In this document: positions 48,701 to 64,000 of the stretch, in pieces
How positions within the stretch are numbered: position 1 is the stretch's first letter
How the letters are laid out: every line of letters starts with the position of its first letter
Assembly (NCBI GenBank): GCA_964016885.1
Contig: OZ024757.1
Span: 16,864,001-16,928,000 of the forward strand
DNA length: 64,000 nt
From: Eledone cirrhosa
Taxonomy: Eukaryota
Direction: 5' to 3'
Translations under genes and position numbers: made by a program
Notes under the pieces: generated by a model
Seen by the model: only the letters and a program-made list of their open reading frames with translations
What the model was told of the DNA's origin: nothing
The model's database searches: none

Positions 48701-51700
48701 TTTAACCTTGCACTGTCTAGGGTTTAGCCTATAGGATTTATATGTACTAAACAAGGATTTTCACTCCATACCCTGGGATTGACGAGGTGGCCTATGGGAT
48801 TTATATGTACTAAACATGGATTTTCACTCTCTACCGTGGGATTGACGAGGGTTGAGCTGACCCTAGGACACTACAATCAAACCATACCTTAAAGCCGTTA
48901 CTTACACCCTCTAACCTTGCACTGTCTAGGGTTTAGCCTATAGGATTGATATGTACTAAACAAGGATTTTCACTCCATACCGTGGGATTGACGAGGGTTG
49001 AGCTGACCCTAGGACACTACAATCAAACCATACCTTAAAGCCGTTACTTACACCCTTTAACCTTGCACTGTCTAGGGTTTAGGCTATAGGATTTATATGT
49101 ACTAAATAAGGATTTTCACTCTCTACCGTGGGATTGACGAGGGTTGAGCTGACCCTAGGACACTACAATCAAACCATACCTTAAAGCCGTTACTTACACC
49201 CTTTAACCTTGCACTGTCTAGGGTTTAGCCTATAGGATTTATATGTACTAAACAAGGATTTTCACTCTCTACCGTGGGATTGACGAGGGTTGAGCTGACC
49301 CTAGGACACTACAATCAAACCATACCTTAAAGCCGTTACTTACACCCTTTAACCTTGCACTGTCTAGGGTTTAGCCTATAGGATTTATATGTACTAAACA
49401 AGGATTTTCACTCTCTACCGTGGGATTGACGAGGGTTGAGCTGACCCTAGGACACTACAATCAAACCATACCTTAAAGCCGTTACTTACACCCTTTAACC
49501 TTGCACAGTCTAGGGTTTAGCCTATAGGATTTATATGTACTAAACAAGGATTTTCACTCTCTACCGTGGGATTGACGAGGGTTGAGCTGACCCTAGGACA
49601 CTACAATCAAACCATACCTTAAAGCCGTTACTTACACCCTTTAACCTTGCACTGTCTAGGGTTTAGCCTATAGGATTTATATGTACTAAACAAGGATTTT
49701 CACTCTCTACCGTGGGATTGACGAGGGTTGAGCTGACCCTAGGACACTACAATCAAACCATACCTTAAAGCCGTTACTTACACCCTCTAACCTTGCACTG
49801 TCTAGGGTTTAGCCTATAGGATTGATATGTACTAAACAAGGATTTTCACTCCATACCCTGGGATTGACGAGGTGGCCTATGGGATTTATATGTACTAAAC
49901 ATGGATTTTCACTCTCTACCGTGGGATTGACGAGGGTTGAGCTGACCCTAGGACACTACAATCAAACCATACCTTAAAGCCGTTACTTACACCCTCTAAC
50001 CTTGCACTGTCTAGGGTTTAGCCTATAGGATTGATATGTACTAAACAAGGATTTTCACTCCATACCGTGGGATTGACGAGGGTTGAGCTGACCCTAGGAC
50101 ACTACAATCAAACCATACCTTAAAGCCGTTACTTACACCCTTTAACCTTGCACTGTCTAGGGTTTAGGCTATAGGATTTATATGTACTAAATAAGGATTT
50201 TCACTCTCTACCGTGGGATTGACGAGGGTTGAGCTGACCCTAGGACACTACAATCAAACCATACCTTAAAGCCGTTACTTACACCCTTTAACCTTGCACT
50301 GTCTAGGGTTTAGCCTATAGGATTTATATGTACTAAACAAGGATTTTCACTCTCTACCGTGGGATTGACGAGGGTTGAGCTGACCCTAGGACACTACAAT
50401 CAAACCATACCTTAAAGCCGTTACTTACACCCTTTAACCTTGCACTGTCTAGGGTTTAGCCTATAGGATTTATATGTACTAAACAAGGATTTTCACTCTC
50501 TACCGTGGGATTGACGAGGGTTGAGCTGACCCTAGGACACTACAATCAAACCATACCTTAAAGCCGTTACTTACACCCTTTAACCTTGCACTGTCTAGGG
50601 TTTAGCCTATAGGATTTATATGTACTAAACAAGGATTTTCACTCTCTACCGTGGGATTGACGAGGGTTGAGCTGACCCTAGGACACTACAATCAAACCAT
50701 ACCTTAAAGCCGTTACTTACACCCTTTAACCTTGCACTGTCTAGGGTTTAGCCTATAGGATTTATATGTACTAAACAAGGATTTTCACTCTCTACCGTGG
50801 GATTGACGAGGGTTGAGCTGACCCTAGGACACTACAATCAAACCATACCTTAAAGCCGTTACTTACACCCTTTAACCTTGCACAGTCTAGGGTTTAGCCT
50901 ATAGGATTTATATGTACTAAACAAGGATTTTCACTCTCTACCGTGGGATTGACGAGGGTTGAGCTGACCCTAGGACACTACAATCAAACCATACCTTAAA
51001 GCCGTTACTTACACCCTTTAACCTTGCACTGTCTAGGGTTTAGCCTATAGGATTTATATGTACTAAACAAGGATTTTCACTCTCTACCGTGGGATTGACG
51101 AGGGTTGAGCTGACCCTAGGACACTACAATCAAACCATACCTTAAAGCCGTTACTTACACCCTCTAACCTTGCACTGTCTAGGGTTTAGCCTATAGGATT
51201 GATATGTACTAAACAAGGATTTTCACTCCATACCCTGGGATTGACGAGGTGGCCTATGGGATTTATATGTACTAAACATGGATTTTCACTCTCTACCGTG
51301 AGATTGACGAGGGTTGAGCTGACCCTAGGACACTACAATCAAACCATACCTTAAAGACGTTACTTACACCCTTTAACCTTGCACTGTCTAGGGTTTAGCC
51401 TATAGGATTTTTATGTACTAAACAAGGATTTTCACTCCATACCCTGCGATTGACGAGGTGGCCTATGGGATTTATATGTACTAAACATGGATTTTCACTC
51501 TCTACCGTGGGATTGACGAGGGTTGAGCTGACCCTAGGACACTACAATCAAACCATACCTTAAAGCCGTTACTTACACCCTCTAACCTTGCACTGTCTAG
51601 GGTTTAGCCTATAGGATTGATATGTACTAAACATGGACTTTGACTCTCTACTGTGGGATTGACGAGGGTTGAGCTGACCCTAGGACACTACAATCAAACC

Positions 51701-54700
51701 ATACCTTAAAGCCGTTACTTACACCCTCTAACCTTGCACTGTCTAGGGTTTAGCCTATAGGATTTATATGTACTAAACAAGGATTTTCACTCTCTACCGT
51801 GGGATTGACGAGGGTTGAGCTGACCCTAGGACACTACAATCAAACCATACCTTAAAGCCGTTACTTACACCCTTTAACCTTGCACTGTCTAGGGTTTAGC
51901 CTATAGGATTTATATGTACTAAACAAGGATTTTCACTCTCTACCGTGGGATTGACGAGGGTTGAGCTGACCCTAGGACACTACAATCAAACCATACCTTA
52001 AAGCCGTTACTTACACCCTTTAACCTTGCACTGTCTAGGGTTTAGCCTATAGGATTTATATGTACTAAACAAGGATTTTCACTCTCTACCGTGGGATTGA
52101 CGAGGGTTGAGCTGACCCTAGGACACTACAATCAAACCATACCTTAAAGCCGTTACTTACACCCTTTAACCTTGCACTGTCTAGGGTTTAGCCTAGAGGA
52201 TTTATATGTACTAAACAAGGATTTTCACTCTCTACCGTGGGATTGACGAGGGTTGAGCTGACCCTAGGACACTACAATCAAACCATACCTTAAAGCCGTT
52301 ACTTACACCCTTTAACCTTGCACTGTCTAGGGTTTAGCCTATAGGATTTATATGTACTAAACAAGGATTTTCACTCCATACCCTGGGATTGACGAGGTGG
52401 CCTATGGGATTTATATGTACTAAACATGGATTTTCACTCTCTACCGTGGGATTGACGAGGGTTGAGCTGACCCTAGGACACTACAATCAAACCATACCTT
52501 AAAGCCGTTACTTACACCCTTTAACCTTGCACTGTCTAGGGTTTAGCCTATAGGATTGATATGTACTAAACATGGATTTTCACTCTCTACCATGGGATTG
52601 ACGAGGGTTGAGCTGACCCTAGGACACTACAATCAAACCATACCTTAAAGCCGTTACTTACACCCTCTAACCTTGCACTGTCTAGGGTTTAGCCTATAGG
52701 ATTTATATGTACTAAACAAGGATTTTCACTCTCTACCGTGGGATTGACGAGGGTTGAGCTGACCCTAGGACACTACAATCAAACCATACCTTAAAGCCGT
52801 TACTTACCCTTTAACCTTGCACTGTCTAGGGTTTAGCCTATAGGATTTATATGTACTAAACAAGGATTTTCACTCTCTACCGTGGGATTGACGAGGGTTG
52901 AGCTGACCCTAGGACACTACAATCAAACCATACCTTAAAGCCGTTACTTACACCCTTTAACCTTGCACTGTCTAGGGTTTAGCCTATAGGATTTATATGT
53001 ACTAAATAAGGATTTTCACTCTCTACCGTGGGATTGACGAGGGTTGAGCTGACCCTAGGACACTACAATCAAACCATACCTTAAAGCCGTTACTTACACC
53101 CTTTAACCTTGCACTGTCTAGGGTTTAGCCTATAGGATTTATATGTACTAAACAAGGATTTTCACTCTCTACCGTGGGATTGACGAGGGTTGAGCTGACC
53201 CTAGGACACTACAATCAAACCATACCTTAAAGCCGTTACTTACACCCTCTAACCTTGCACTGTCTAGGGTTTAGCCTATAGGATTTATATGTACTAAACA
53301 TGGTTTTTCACTCTCTACTCTGGGATTGACGAGGGTTTAGCTGGCCCTATGAAACTACGAGCAAACCATACCTTAAAGCCGTTACTTACACCCTCTATCC
53401 TTGCACTGTCTAGGGTTTAGCCTATAGGATTTATATGTACTAAACAAGGATTTTCACTCTCTACCGTGGGATTGACGAGGGTTGAGCTGACCCTAGGACA
53501 CTACAATCAAACCATACCTTAAAGCCGTTACTTACACCCTTTAACCTTGCACTGTCTAGGGTTTAGCCTATAGGATTTATATGTACTAAACAAGGATTTT
53601 CACTCTCTACCGTGGGATTGACGAGGGTTGAGCTGACCCTAGGACACTACATCAAACCATACCTTAAAGCCGTTACTTACACCCTTTAACCTTGCACTGT
53701 CTAGGGTTTAGCCTATAGGATTTATATGTACTAAACAAGGATTTTCACTCCATACCCTGGGATTGACGAGGTGGCCTATGGGATTTATATGTACTAAACA
53801 TGGATTTTCACTCTCTACCGTGGGATTGACGAGGGTTGAGCTGACCCTAGGACACTACAATCAAACCATACCTTAAAGCCGTTACTTACACCCTTTAACC
53901 TTGCACTGTCTAGGGTTTAGCCTATAGGATTGATATGTACTAAACATGGATTTTCACTCTCTACCGTGGGATTGACGAGGGTTGAGCTGACCCTAGGACA
54001 CTACAATCAAACCATACCTTAAAGACGTTACTTACACCCTTTAACCTTGCACTGTCTAGGGTTTGGCCTATAGGATTTATATGTACTAAATAAGGATTTT
54101 CACTCTCTACCGTGGGATTGACGAGGGTTGAGCTGACCCTAGGACACTACAATCAAACCATACCTTAAAGCCGTTACTTACACCCTCTAACCTTGCACTG
54201 TCTAGGGTTTAGCCTATAGGATTTATATGTACTAAACAAGGATTTTCACTCTCTACCGTGGGATTGACGAGGGTTGAGCTGACCCTAGGACACTACAATC
54301 AAACCATACCTTAAAGACGTTACTTACACCCTTTAACCTTGCACTGTCTAGGGTTTAGCCTATAGGATTTATATGTACTAAACAAGGATTTTCACTCCAT
54401 AACCTGGGTTTGACGAGGGTTGAGCTGACCCTAGGACACTACAATCAAACCATACCTTAAAGCCGTTACTTACACCCTTTAACCTTGCACTGTCTAGGGT
54501 TTAGCCTATGGGATTTATATGTACTAAACATGGATTTTCACTCTCTACCGTGGGATTGACGAGGGTTGAGCTGACCCTAGGACACTACAATCAAACCATA
54601 CCTTAAAGCCGTCACTTACACCCTCTAACCTTGCACTGTCTAGGGTTTAGCCTATAGGATTTATATGTCTTAAACATGGTTTTTCACTCTCTACCCTGGG

Positions 54701-57700
54701 ATTGACGAGGGTTTAGCTGGCCCTAGGAAACTACGACCAAACCATACCTTAAAGCCGTTACTTACACCCTCTAACCTTGCACTGTCTAGGGTTTAGCCTA
54801 TAGGATTTATATGTACTAAACAAGGATTTTCACTCCATACCCTGGGATTGACGAGGGTTGAGCTGACCCTAGGACACTACAATCAAACCATACCTTAAAG
54901 CCGTTACTTACACCCTCTAACCTTGCACTGTCTAGGGTTTAGCCTATAGGATTGATATGTACTAAACAAGGATTTTCACTCCATACCGTGGGATTGACGA
55001 GGGTTGAGCTGACCCTAGGACACTACAATCAAACCATACCTTAAAGCCGTTACTTACACCCTTTAACCTTGCACTGTCTAGGGTTTAGGCTATAGGATTT
55101 ATATGTACTAAATAAGGATTTTCACTCTCTACCGTGGGATTGACGAGGGTTGAGCTGACCCTAGGACACTACAATCAAACCATACCTTAAAGCCGTTACT
55201 TACACCCTTTAACCTTGCACTGTCTAGGGTTTAGCCTATAGGATTTATATGTACTAAACAAGGATTTTCACTCTCTACCGTGGGATTGACGAGGGTTGAG
55301 CTGACCCTAGGACACTACAATCAAACCATACCTTAAAGCCGTTACTTACACCCTTTAACCTTGCACTGTCTAGGGTTTAGCCTATAGGATTTATATGTAC
55401 TAAACAAGGATTTTCACTCTCTACCGTGGGATTGACGAGGGTTGAGCTGACCCTAGGACACTACAATCAAACCATACCTTAAAGACGTTACTTACACCCT
55501 TTAACCTTGCACTGTCTAGGGTTTAGCCTATAGGATTTATATGTACTAAACAAGGATTTTCACTCTCTACCGTGGGATTGACGAGGGTTGAGCTGACCCT
55601 AGGACACTACAATCAAACCATACCTTAAAGCCGTCACTTACACCCTCTAACCTTGCACTGTCTAGGGTTTAGCCTATAGGATTTATATGTCTTAAACATG
55701 GTTTTTCACTCTCTACCCTGGGATTGACGAGGGTTTAGCTGGCCCTAGGAAACTACGACCAAACCATACCTTAAAGCCGTTACTTACACCCTCTAACCTT
55801 GCACTGTCTAGGGTTTAGCCTATAGGATTTATATGTACTAAACAAGGATTTTCACTCCATACCCTGGGATTGACGAGGGTTGAGCTGACCCTAGGACACT
55901 ACAATCAAACCATACCTTAAAGCCGTTACTTACACCCTTTAACCTTGCACTGTCTAGGGTTTAGCCTATGGGATTTATATGTACTAAACATGGATTTTCA
56001 CTCTCTACCGTGGGATTGACGAGGGTTGAGCTGACCCTAGGACACTACAATCAAACCATACCTTAAAGCCGTCACTTACACCCTCTAACCTTGCACTGTC
56101 TAGGGTTTAGCCTATAGGATTTATATGTCTTAAACATGGTTTTTCACTCTCTACCCTGGGATTGACGAGGGTTTAGCTGGCCCTAGGAAACTACGACCAA
56201 ACCATACCTTAAAGCCGTTACTTACACCCTCTAACCTTGCACTGTCTAGGGTTTAGCCTATAGGATTTATATGTACTAAACAAGGATTTTCACTCCATAC
56301 CCTGGGATTGACGAGGGTTGAGCTGACCCTAGGACACTACAATCAAACCATACCTTAAAGCCGTTACTTACACCCTCTAACCTTGCACTGTCTAGGGTTT
56401 AGCCTATAGGATTGATATGTACTAAACAAGGATTTTCACTCCATACCGTGGGATTGACGAGGGTTGAGCTGACCCTAGGACACTACAATCAAACCATACC
56501 TTAAAGCCGTTACTTACACCCTTTAACCTTGCACTGTCTAGGGTTTAGGCTATAGGATTTATATGTACTAAATAAGGATTTTCACTCTCTACCGTGGGAT
56601 TGACGAGGGTTGAGCTGACCCTAGGACACTACAATCAAACCATACCTTAAAGCCGTTACTTACACCCTTTAACCTTGCACTGTCTAGGGTTTAGCCTATA
56701 GGATTTATATGTACTAAACAAGGATTTTCACTCTCTACCGTGGGATTGACGAGGGTTGAGCTGACCCTAGGACACTACAATCAAACCATACCTTAAAGCC
56801 GTTACTTACACCCTTTAACCTTGCACTGTCTAGGGTTTAGCCTATAGGATTTATATGTACTAAACAAGGATTTTCACTCTCTACCGTGGGATTGACGAGG
56901 GTTGAGCTGACCCTAGGACACTACAATCAAACCATACCTTAAAGCCGTTACTTACACCCTTTAACCTTGCACTGTCTAGGGTTTAGCCTATAGGATTTAT
57001 ATGTACTAAATAAGGATTTTCACTCTCTACCGTGGGATTGACGAGGGTTGAGCTGACCCTAGGACACTACAATCAAACCATACCTTAAAGCCGTTACTTA
57101 CACCCTTTAACCTTGCACTGTCTAGGGTTTAGCCTATAGGATTTATATGTACTAAATAAGGATTTTCACTCTCTACCGTGGGATTGACGAGGGTTGAGCT
57201 GACCCTAGGACACTACAATCAAACCATACCTTAAAGACGTTACTTACACCCTTTAACCTTGCACTGTCTAGGGTTTAGCCTATAGGATTTATATGTACTA
57301 AACAAGGATTTTCACTCTCTACCGTGGGATTGACGAGGGTTGAGCTGACCCTAGGACACTACAATCAAACCATACCTTAAAGCCGTTACTTACACCCTTT
57401 AACCTTGCACTGTCTAGGGTTTAGCCTATAGGATTTATATGTACTAAACAAGGATTTTCACTCTCTACCGTGGGATTGACGAGGGTTGAGCTGACCCTAG
57501 GACACTACAATCAAACCATACCTTAAAGCCGTTACTTACACCCTTTAACCTTGCACTGTCTAGGGTTTAGCCTATAGGATTTATATGTACTAAACAAGGA
57601 TTTTCACTCTCTACCGTGGGATTGACGAGGGTTGAGCTGACCCTAGGACACTACAATCAAACCATACCTTAAAGCCGTTACTTACACCCTTTAACCTTGC

Positions 57701-60700
57701 ACTGTCTAGGGTTTAGCCTATAGGATTTATATGTACTAAATAAGGATTTTCACTCTCTACCGTGGGATTGACGAGGGTTGAGCTGACCCTAGGACACTAC
57801 AATCAAACCATACCTTAAAGCCGTTACTTACACCCTTTAACCTTGCACTGTCTAGGGTTTAGCCTATAGGATTTATATGTACTAAACAAGGATTTTCACT
57901 CTCTACCGTGGGATTGACGAGGGTTGAGCTGACCCTAGGACACTACAATCAAACCATACCTTAAAGACGTTACTTACACCCTTTAACCTTGCACTGTCTA
58001 GGGTTTAGCCTATAGGATTTATATGTACTAAACAAGGAATTTCACTCTCTACCGTGGGATTGACGAGGGTTGAGCTGACCCTAGGACACTACAATCAAAC
58101 CATACCTTAAAGCCGTTACTTACACCCTTTAACCTTGCACTGTCTAGGGTTTAGCCTATAGGATTTATATGTACTAAACAAGGATTTTCACTCTCTACCG
58201 TGGGATTGACGAGGGTTGAGCTGACCCTAGGACACTACAATCAAACCATACCTTAAAGCCGTTACTTACACCCTCTAACCTTGCACTGTCTAGGGTTTAG
58301 CCTATAGGATTGATATGTACTAAACAAGGATTTTCACTCCATACCCTGGGATTGACGAGGTGGCCTATGGGATTTATATGTACTAAACATGGATTTTCAC
58401 TCTCTACCGTGAGATTGACGAGGGTTGAGCTGACCCTAGCACACTACAATCAAACCATACCTTAAAGACGTTACTTACACCCTTTAACCTTGCACTGTCT
58501 AGGGTTTAGCCTATAGGATTTTTATGTACAAAACAAGGATTTTCACTCCATACCCTGGGATTGACGAGGTGGCCTATGGGATTTATATGTACTAAACATG
58601 GATTCTCACTCTCTACTGTGGGATTGATGAGGGTTGAGCTGACCCTAGGACACTACAATCAAACCATACCTTAAAGCCGTTACTTACACCCTCTAACCTT
58701 GCACTGTCTAGGGTTTAGCCTATAGGATTTATATGTACTAAACATGGTTTTTCACTCTCTACTCTGGGATTGACGAGGGTTTAGCTGGCCCTATGAAACT
58801 ACGAGCAAACCATACCTTAAAGCCGTCACTTACACCCTCTATCCTTGCACTGTCTAGGGTTTAGCCTATAGGATTTATATGTACTAAACATGGATTTTCA
58901 CTCTCTACCGTGGGATTGACGAGGGTTGAGCTGACCCTAGGACACTACAATCAAACCATACCTTAAAGCCGTTACTTACACCCTTTAACCTTGCACTGTC
59001 TAGGGTTTAGCCTATAGGATTTATATGTACTAAACAAGGATTTTCACTCCATACCCTGGGATTGACGAGGTGGCCTATGGGATTTATATGTACTAAACAT
59101 GGTTTTTCACTCTCTACCGTGGGATTGACGAGGGTTGAGCTGGCCCTAGGAAACTACGACCAAACCATACCTTAAAGCCGTTACTTACACCCTCTAACCT
59201 TGCACTGTCTAGGGTTTAGCCTATAGGATTTATATGTACTAAACAAGGATTTTCACTCCATACCCTGGGATTGACGAGGGTTGAGCTGACCCTAGGACAC
59301 TACAATCAAACCATACCTTAAAGCCGTTACTTACACCCTCTAACCTTGCACTGTCTAGGGTTTAGCCTATAGGATTGATATGTACTAAACAAGGATTTTC
59401 ACTCCATACCGTGGGATTGACGAGGGTTGAGCTGACCCTAGGACACTACAATCAAACCATACCTTAAAGCCGTTACTTACACCCTTTAACCTTGCACTGT
59501 CTAGGGTTTAGGCTATAGGATTTATATGTACTAAATAAGGATTTTCACTCTCTACCGTGGGATTGACGAGGGTTGAGCTGACCCTAGGACACTACAATCA
59601 AACCATACCTTAAAGCCGTTACTTACACCCTTTAACCTTGCACTGTCTAGGGTTTAGCCTATAGGATTTATATGTACTAAACAAGGATTTTCACTCTCTA
59701 CCGTGGGATTGACGAGGGTTGAGCTGACCCTAGGACACTACAATCAAACCATACCTTAAAGCCGTTACTTACACCCTTTAACCTTGCACTGTCTAGGGTT
59801 TAGCCTATAGGATTTATATGTACTAAACAAGGATTTTCACTCTCTACCGTGGGATTGACGAGGGTTGAGCTGACCCTAGGACACTACAATCACCATACCT
59901 TAAAGCCGTTACTTACACCCTTTAACCTTGCACTGTCTAGGGTTTAGCCTATAGGATTTATATGTACTAAACAAGGATTTTCACTCTCTACCGTGGGATT
60001 GACGAGGGTTGAGCTGACCCTAGGACACTACAATCACCATACCTTAAAGCCGTTACTTACACCCTTTAACCTTGCACTGTCTAGGGTTTAGCCTATAGGA
60101 TTTATATGTACTAAACAAGGATTTTCACTCTCTACCGTGGGATTGACGAGGGTTGAGCTGACCCTAGGACACTACAATCAAACCATACCTTAAAGCCGTT
60201 ACTTACACCCTTTAACCTTGCACTGTCTAGGGTTTAGCCTATAGGATTTATATGTACTAAACAAGGATTTTCACTCTCTACCGTGGGATTGACGAGGGTT
60301 GAGATGACCCCAGGACACTACAATCAAACCATACCTTAAAGCCGTTACTTACACCCTTTAACCTTGCACTGTCTAGGGTTTAGCCTATAGGATTTATATG
60401 TACTAAACAAGGATTTTCACTCTCTACCGTGGGATTGACGAGGGTTGAGCTGACCCTAGGACACTACAATCAAACCATACCTTAAAGCCGTTACTTACAC
60501 CCTTTAACCTTGCACTGTCTAGGGTTTAGCCTATAGGATTTATATGTACTAAATAAGGATTTTCACTCTCTACCGTGGGATTGACGAGGGTTTAGCTGAC
60601 CCTAGGACACTACAATCAAACCATACCTTAAAGCCGTTACTTACACCCTTTAACCTTGCACTGTCTAGGGTTTAGCCTATAGGATTTATATGTACTAAAC

Positions 60701-63700
60701 AAGGATTTTCACTCTCTACCGTGGGATTGACGAGGGTTGAGATGACCCCAGGACACTACAAGCAAACCATACCTTAAAGGCGTCACTTACACCCTCTAAC
60801 CTTGCACTGTCTAGGGTTTAGCCTATAGTATTTATATGTACTAAACATGGTTTTTCACTCTCTACTCTGGGATTGACGAGGGTTTAGCTGGCCCTATGAA
60901 ACTACGAGCAAACCATACCTTAAAGCCGTCACTTACACCCTCTATCCTTGCACTGTCTAGGGTTTAGCCTATAGGATTTATATGTACTAAACATGGATTT
61001 TCACTCTCTACCGTGGGATTGACGAGGGTTGAGCTGACCCTAGGACACTACAATCAAACCATACCTTAAAGCCGTTACTTACACCCTTTAACCTTGCACT
61101 GTCTAGGGTTTAGCCTATAGGATTTATATGTACTAAACAAGGATTTTCACTCTCTACCGTGGGATTGACGAGGGTTGAGCTGACCCTAGGACACTACAAT
61201 CAAACCATACCTTAAAGCCGTTACTTACACCCTTTAACCTTGCACTGTCTAGGGTTTAGCCTATAGGATTTATATGTACTAAACAAGGATTTTCACTCTC
61301 TACCGTGGGATTGACGAGGGTTGAGCTGACCCTAGGACACTACAATCAAACCATACCTTAAAGCCGTTACTTACACCCTTTAACCTTGCACTGTCTAGGG
61401 TTTAGCCTATAGGATTTATATGTACTAAACAAGGATTTTCACTCTCTACCGTGGGATTGACGAGGGTTGAGCTGACCCTAGGACACTACAATCAAACCAT
61501 ACCTTAAAGCCGTCACTTACACCCTCTAACCTTGCACTGTCTAGGGTTTAGCCTATAGGATTTATATGTCTTAAACATGGTTTTTCACTCTCTACCCTGG
61601 GATTGACGAGGGTTTAGCTGGCCCTAGGAAACTACGACCAAACCATACCTTAAAGCCGTTACTTACACCCTCTAACCTTGCACTGTCTAGGGTTTAGCCT
61701 ATAGGATTTATATGTACTAAACAAGGATTTTCACTCCATACCCTGGGATTGACGAGGGTTGAGCTGGCCCTAGGACACTACAATCAAACCATACCTTAAA
61801 GCCGTCACTTACACCCTCTAACCTTGCACTGTCTAGGGTTTAGCCTATAGGATTTATATGTATTAAACATGGTTTTTCACTCTCTACCCTGGGATTGACG
61901 AGGGTTTAGCTGGCCCTAGGAAACTACGACCAAACCATACCTTAAAGCCGTCACTTACACCCTCTAACCTTGCACTGTCTAGGGTTTAGCCTATAGGATT
62001 TATATGTACTAAACAAGGATTTTCACTCTCTACCGTGGGATTGACGAGGGTTGAGCTGACCCTAGGACACTACAATCAAACCATACCTTAAAGCCGTTAC
62101 TTACACCCTTTAACCTTGCACTGTCTAGGGTTTAGCCTATAGGATTTATATGTACTAAATAAGGATTTTCACTCTCTACCGTGGGATTGACGAGGGTTGA
62201 GCTGACCCTAGGACACTACAATCAAACCATACCTTAAAGCCGTTACTTACACCCTTTAACCTTGCACTGTCTAGGGTTTAGCCTATAGGATTTATATGTA
62301 CTAAACAAGGATTTTCACTCTCTACCGTGGGATTGACGAGGGTTGAGCTGACCCTAGGACACTACAATCAAACCATACCTTAAAGCCGTTACTTACACCC
62401 TCTAACCTTGCACTGTCTAGGGTTTAGCCTATAGGATTTATATGTACTAAACAAGGATTTTCACTCTCTACCGTGGGATTGACGAGGGTTGAGCTGACCC
62501 TAGGACACTACAATCACCATACCTTAAAGCCGTTACTTACACCCTTTAACCTTGCACTGTCTAGGGTTTAGCCTATAGGATTTATATGTACTAAACAAGG
62601 ATTTTCACTCTCTACCGTGGGATTGACGAGGGTTGAGCTGACCCTAGGACACTACAATCAAACCATACCTTAAAGCCGTTACTTACACCCTTTAACCTTG
62701 CACTGTCTAGGGTTTAGCCTATAGTATTTATATGTACTAAACAAGGATTTTCACTCTCTACCGTGGGATTGACGAGGGTTGAGCTGACCCTAGGACACTA
62801 CAATCAAACCATACCTTAAAGCCGTTACTTACACCCTTTAACCTTGCACTGTCTAGGGTTTAGCCTATAGTATTTATATGTACTAAACAAGGATTTTCAC
62901 TCTCTACCGTGGGATTGACGAGGGTTGAGCTGACCCTAGGACACTACAATCACCATACCTTAAAGCCGTCACTTACACCCTTTAACCTTGCACTGTCTAG
63001 GGTTTAGCCTATAGGATTTATATGTACTAAACATGGTTTTTCACTCTCTACTCTGGGATTGACGAGGGTTTAGCTGGCCCTATGAAACTACGAGCAAACC
63101 ATACCTTAAAGCCGTCACTTACACCCTCTATCCTTGCACTGTCTAGGGTTTAGCCTATAGGATTTATATGTACTAAACAAGGATTTTCACTCCATACCCT
63201 GGGATTGACGAGGTGGCCTATGGGATTTATATGTACTAAACATGGATTTTCACTCTCTACCGTGGGATTGACGAGGGTTGAGCTGACCCTAGGACACTAC
63301 AATCAAACCATACCTTAAAGCCGTTACTTACACCCTTTAACCTTGCACTGTCTAGGGTTTAGCCTATAGGATTTATATGTACTAAACAAGGATTTTCACT
63401 CCATACCCTGGGATTGACGAGGTGGCCTATGGGATTTATATGTACTAAACATGGATTTTCACTCTCTACCGTGGGATTGACGAGGGTTGAGCTGACCCTA
63501 GGACACTACAATCAAACCATACCTTAAAGCCGTTACTTACACCCTCTAACCTAGCACTGTCTAGGGTTTAGCCTATAGGATTGATATGTACTAAACAAGG
63601 ATTTTCACTCCATACCGTGGGATTGACGAGGGTTGAGCTGACCCTAGGACACTACAATCAAACCATACCTTAAAGCCGTTACTTACACCCTCTAACCTTG

Positions 63701-64000
63701 CACTGTCTAGGGTTTAGCCTATAGGATTGATATGTACTAAACATGGATTTTCACTCTCTACCGTGGGATTGACGAGGGTTGAGCTGACCCTAGGACACTA
63801 CAATCAAACCATACCTTAAAGCCGTTACTTACACACTTTAACCTTGCACTGTCTAGGGTTTAGCCTATAGGATTTATATGTACTAAACAAGGATTTTCAC
63901 TCTCTACCGTGGGATTGACGAGGGTTGAGCTGACCCTAGGACACTACAATCAAACCATACCTTAAAGCCGTTACTTACACCCTTTAACCTTGCACTGTCT

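Larger units (their letters stand above)
12515..64000. repeat. 146-bp tandem satellite array, continuing beyond window end
   Basis: Core consensus gattgacgagggttgagctgaccctaggacactacaatcaaaccataccttaaagccgttacttacaccctttaaccttgcactgtctagggtttagcctataggatttatatgtactaaacaaggattttcactctctaccgtgg. Example starts 43141, 43287 and 43433 give period 146. All copies seen are in the same orientation. Confidence 0.99.

Noticed and set aside
12515-64000. CRISPR array or telomeric tract
   Set aside because: The whole monomer repeats with no unique spacers or cas genes, and there are no tandem TTAGGG runs.

Overview
This is eukaryotic, gene-free, repeat-dominated DNA. The SINE/LINE complement and dense (AT)/(GT) microsatellites suggest a coleoid cephalopod (octopus-like), which is an inference. 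Bases 1-12.5 kb are a patchwork of minisatellites, microsatellites, tRNA-derived SINEs, two small TIR MITEs nested in SINEs, and decayed RTE-clade LINE reverse transcriptase fragments. They also hold an old ~2 kb tandem duplication carrying a promoter-like block twice and a young 208-bp-arm inverted repeat. From ~12.5 kb to the window end is a head-to-tail satellite with a 146-bp monomer (roughly 300 copies by estimate), which is itself a diverged dimer of 66- and 80-bp subunits. The array is heterogeneous and interrupted at its edge, highly homogeneous internally, and shows nested higher-order duplications (209 bp, ~1.9-2.0 kb, 3706 bp, ~13-14 kb). The window looks like the boundary of a centromeric/pericentromeric-type array, and its interruptions appear to preserve the satellite's ancestral sequence. 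No intact protein-coding gene, rRNA, true tRNA or CRISPR array is supported.
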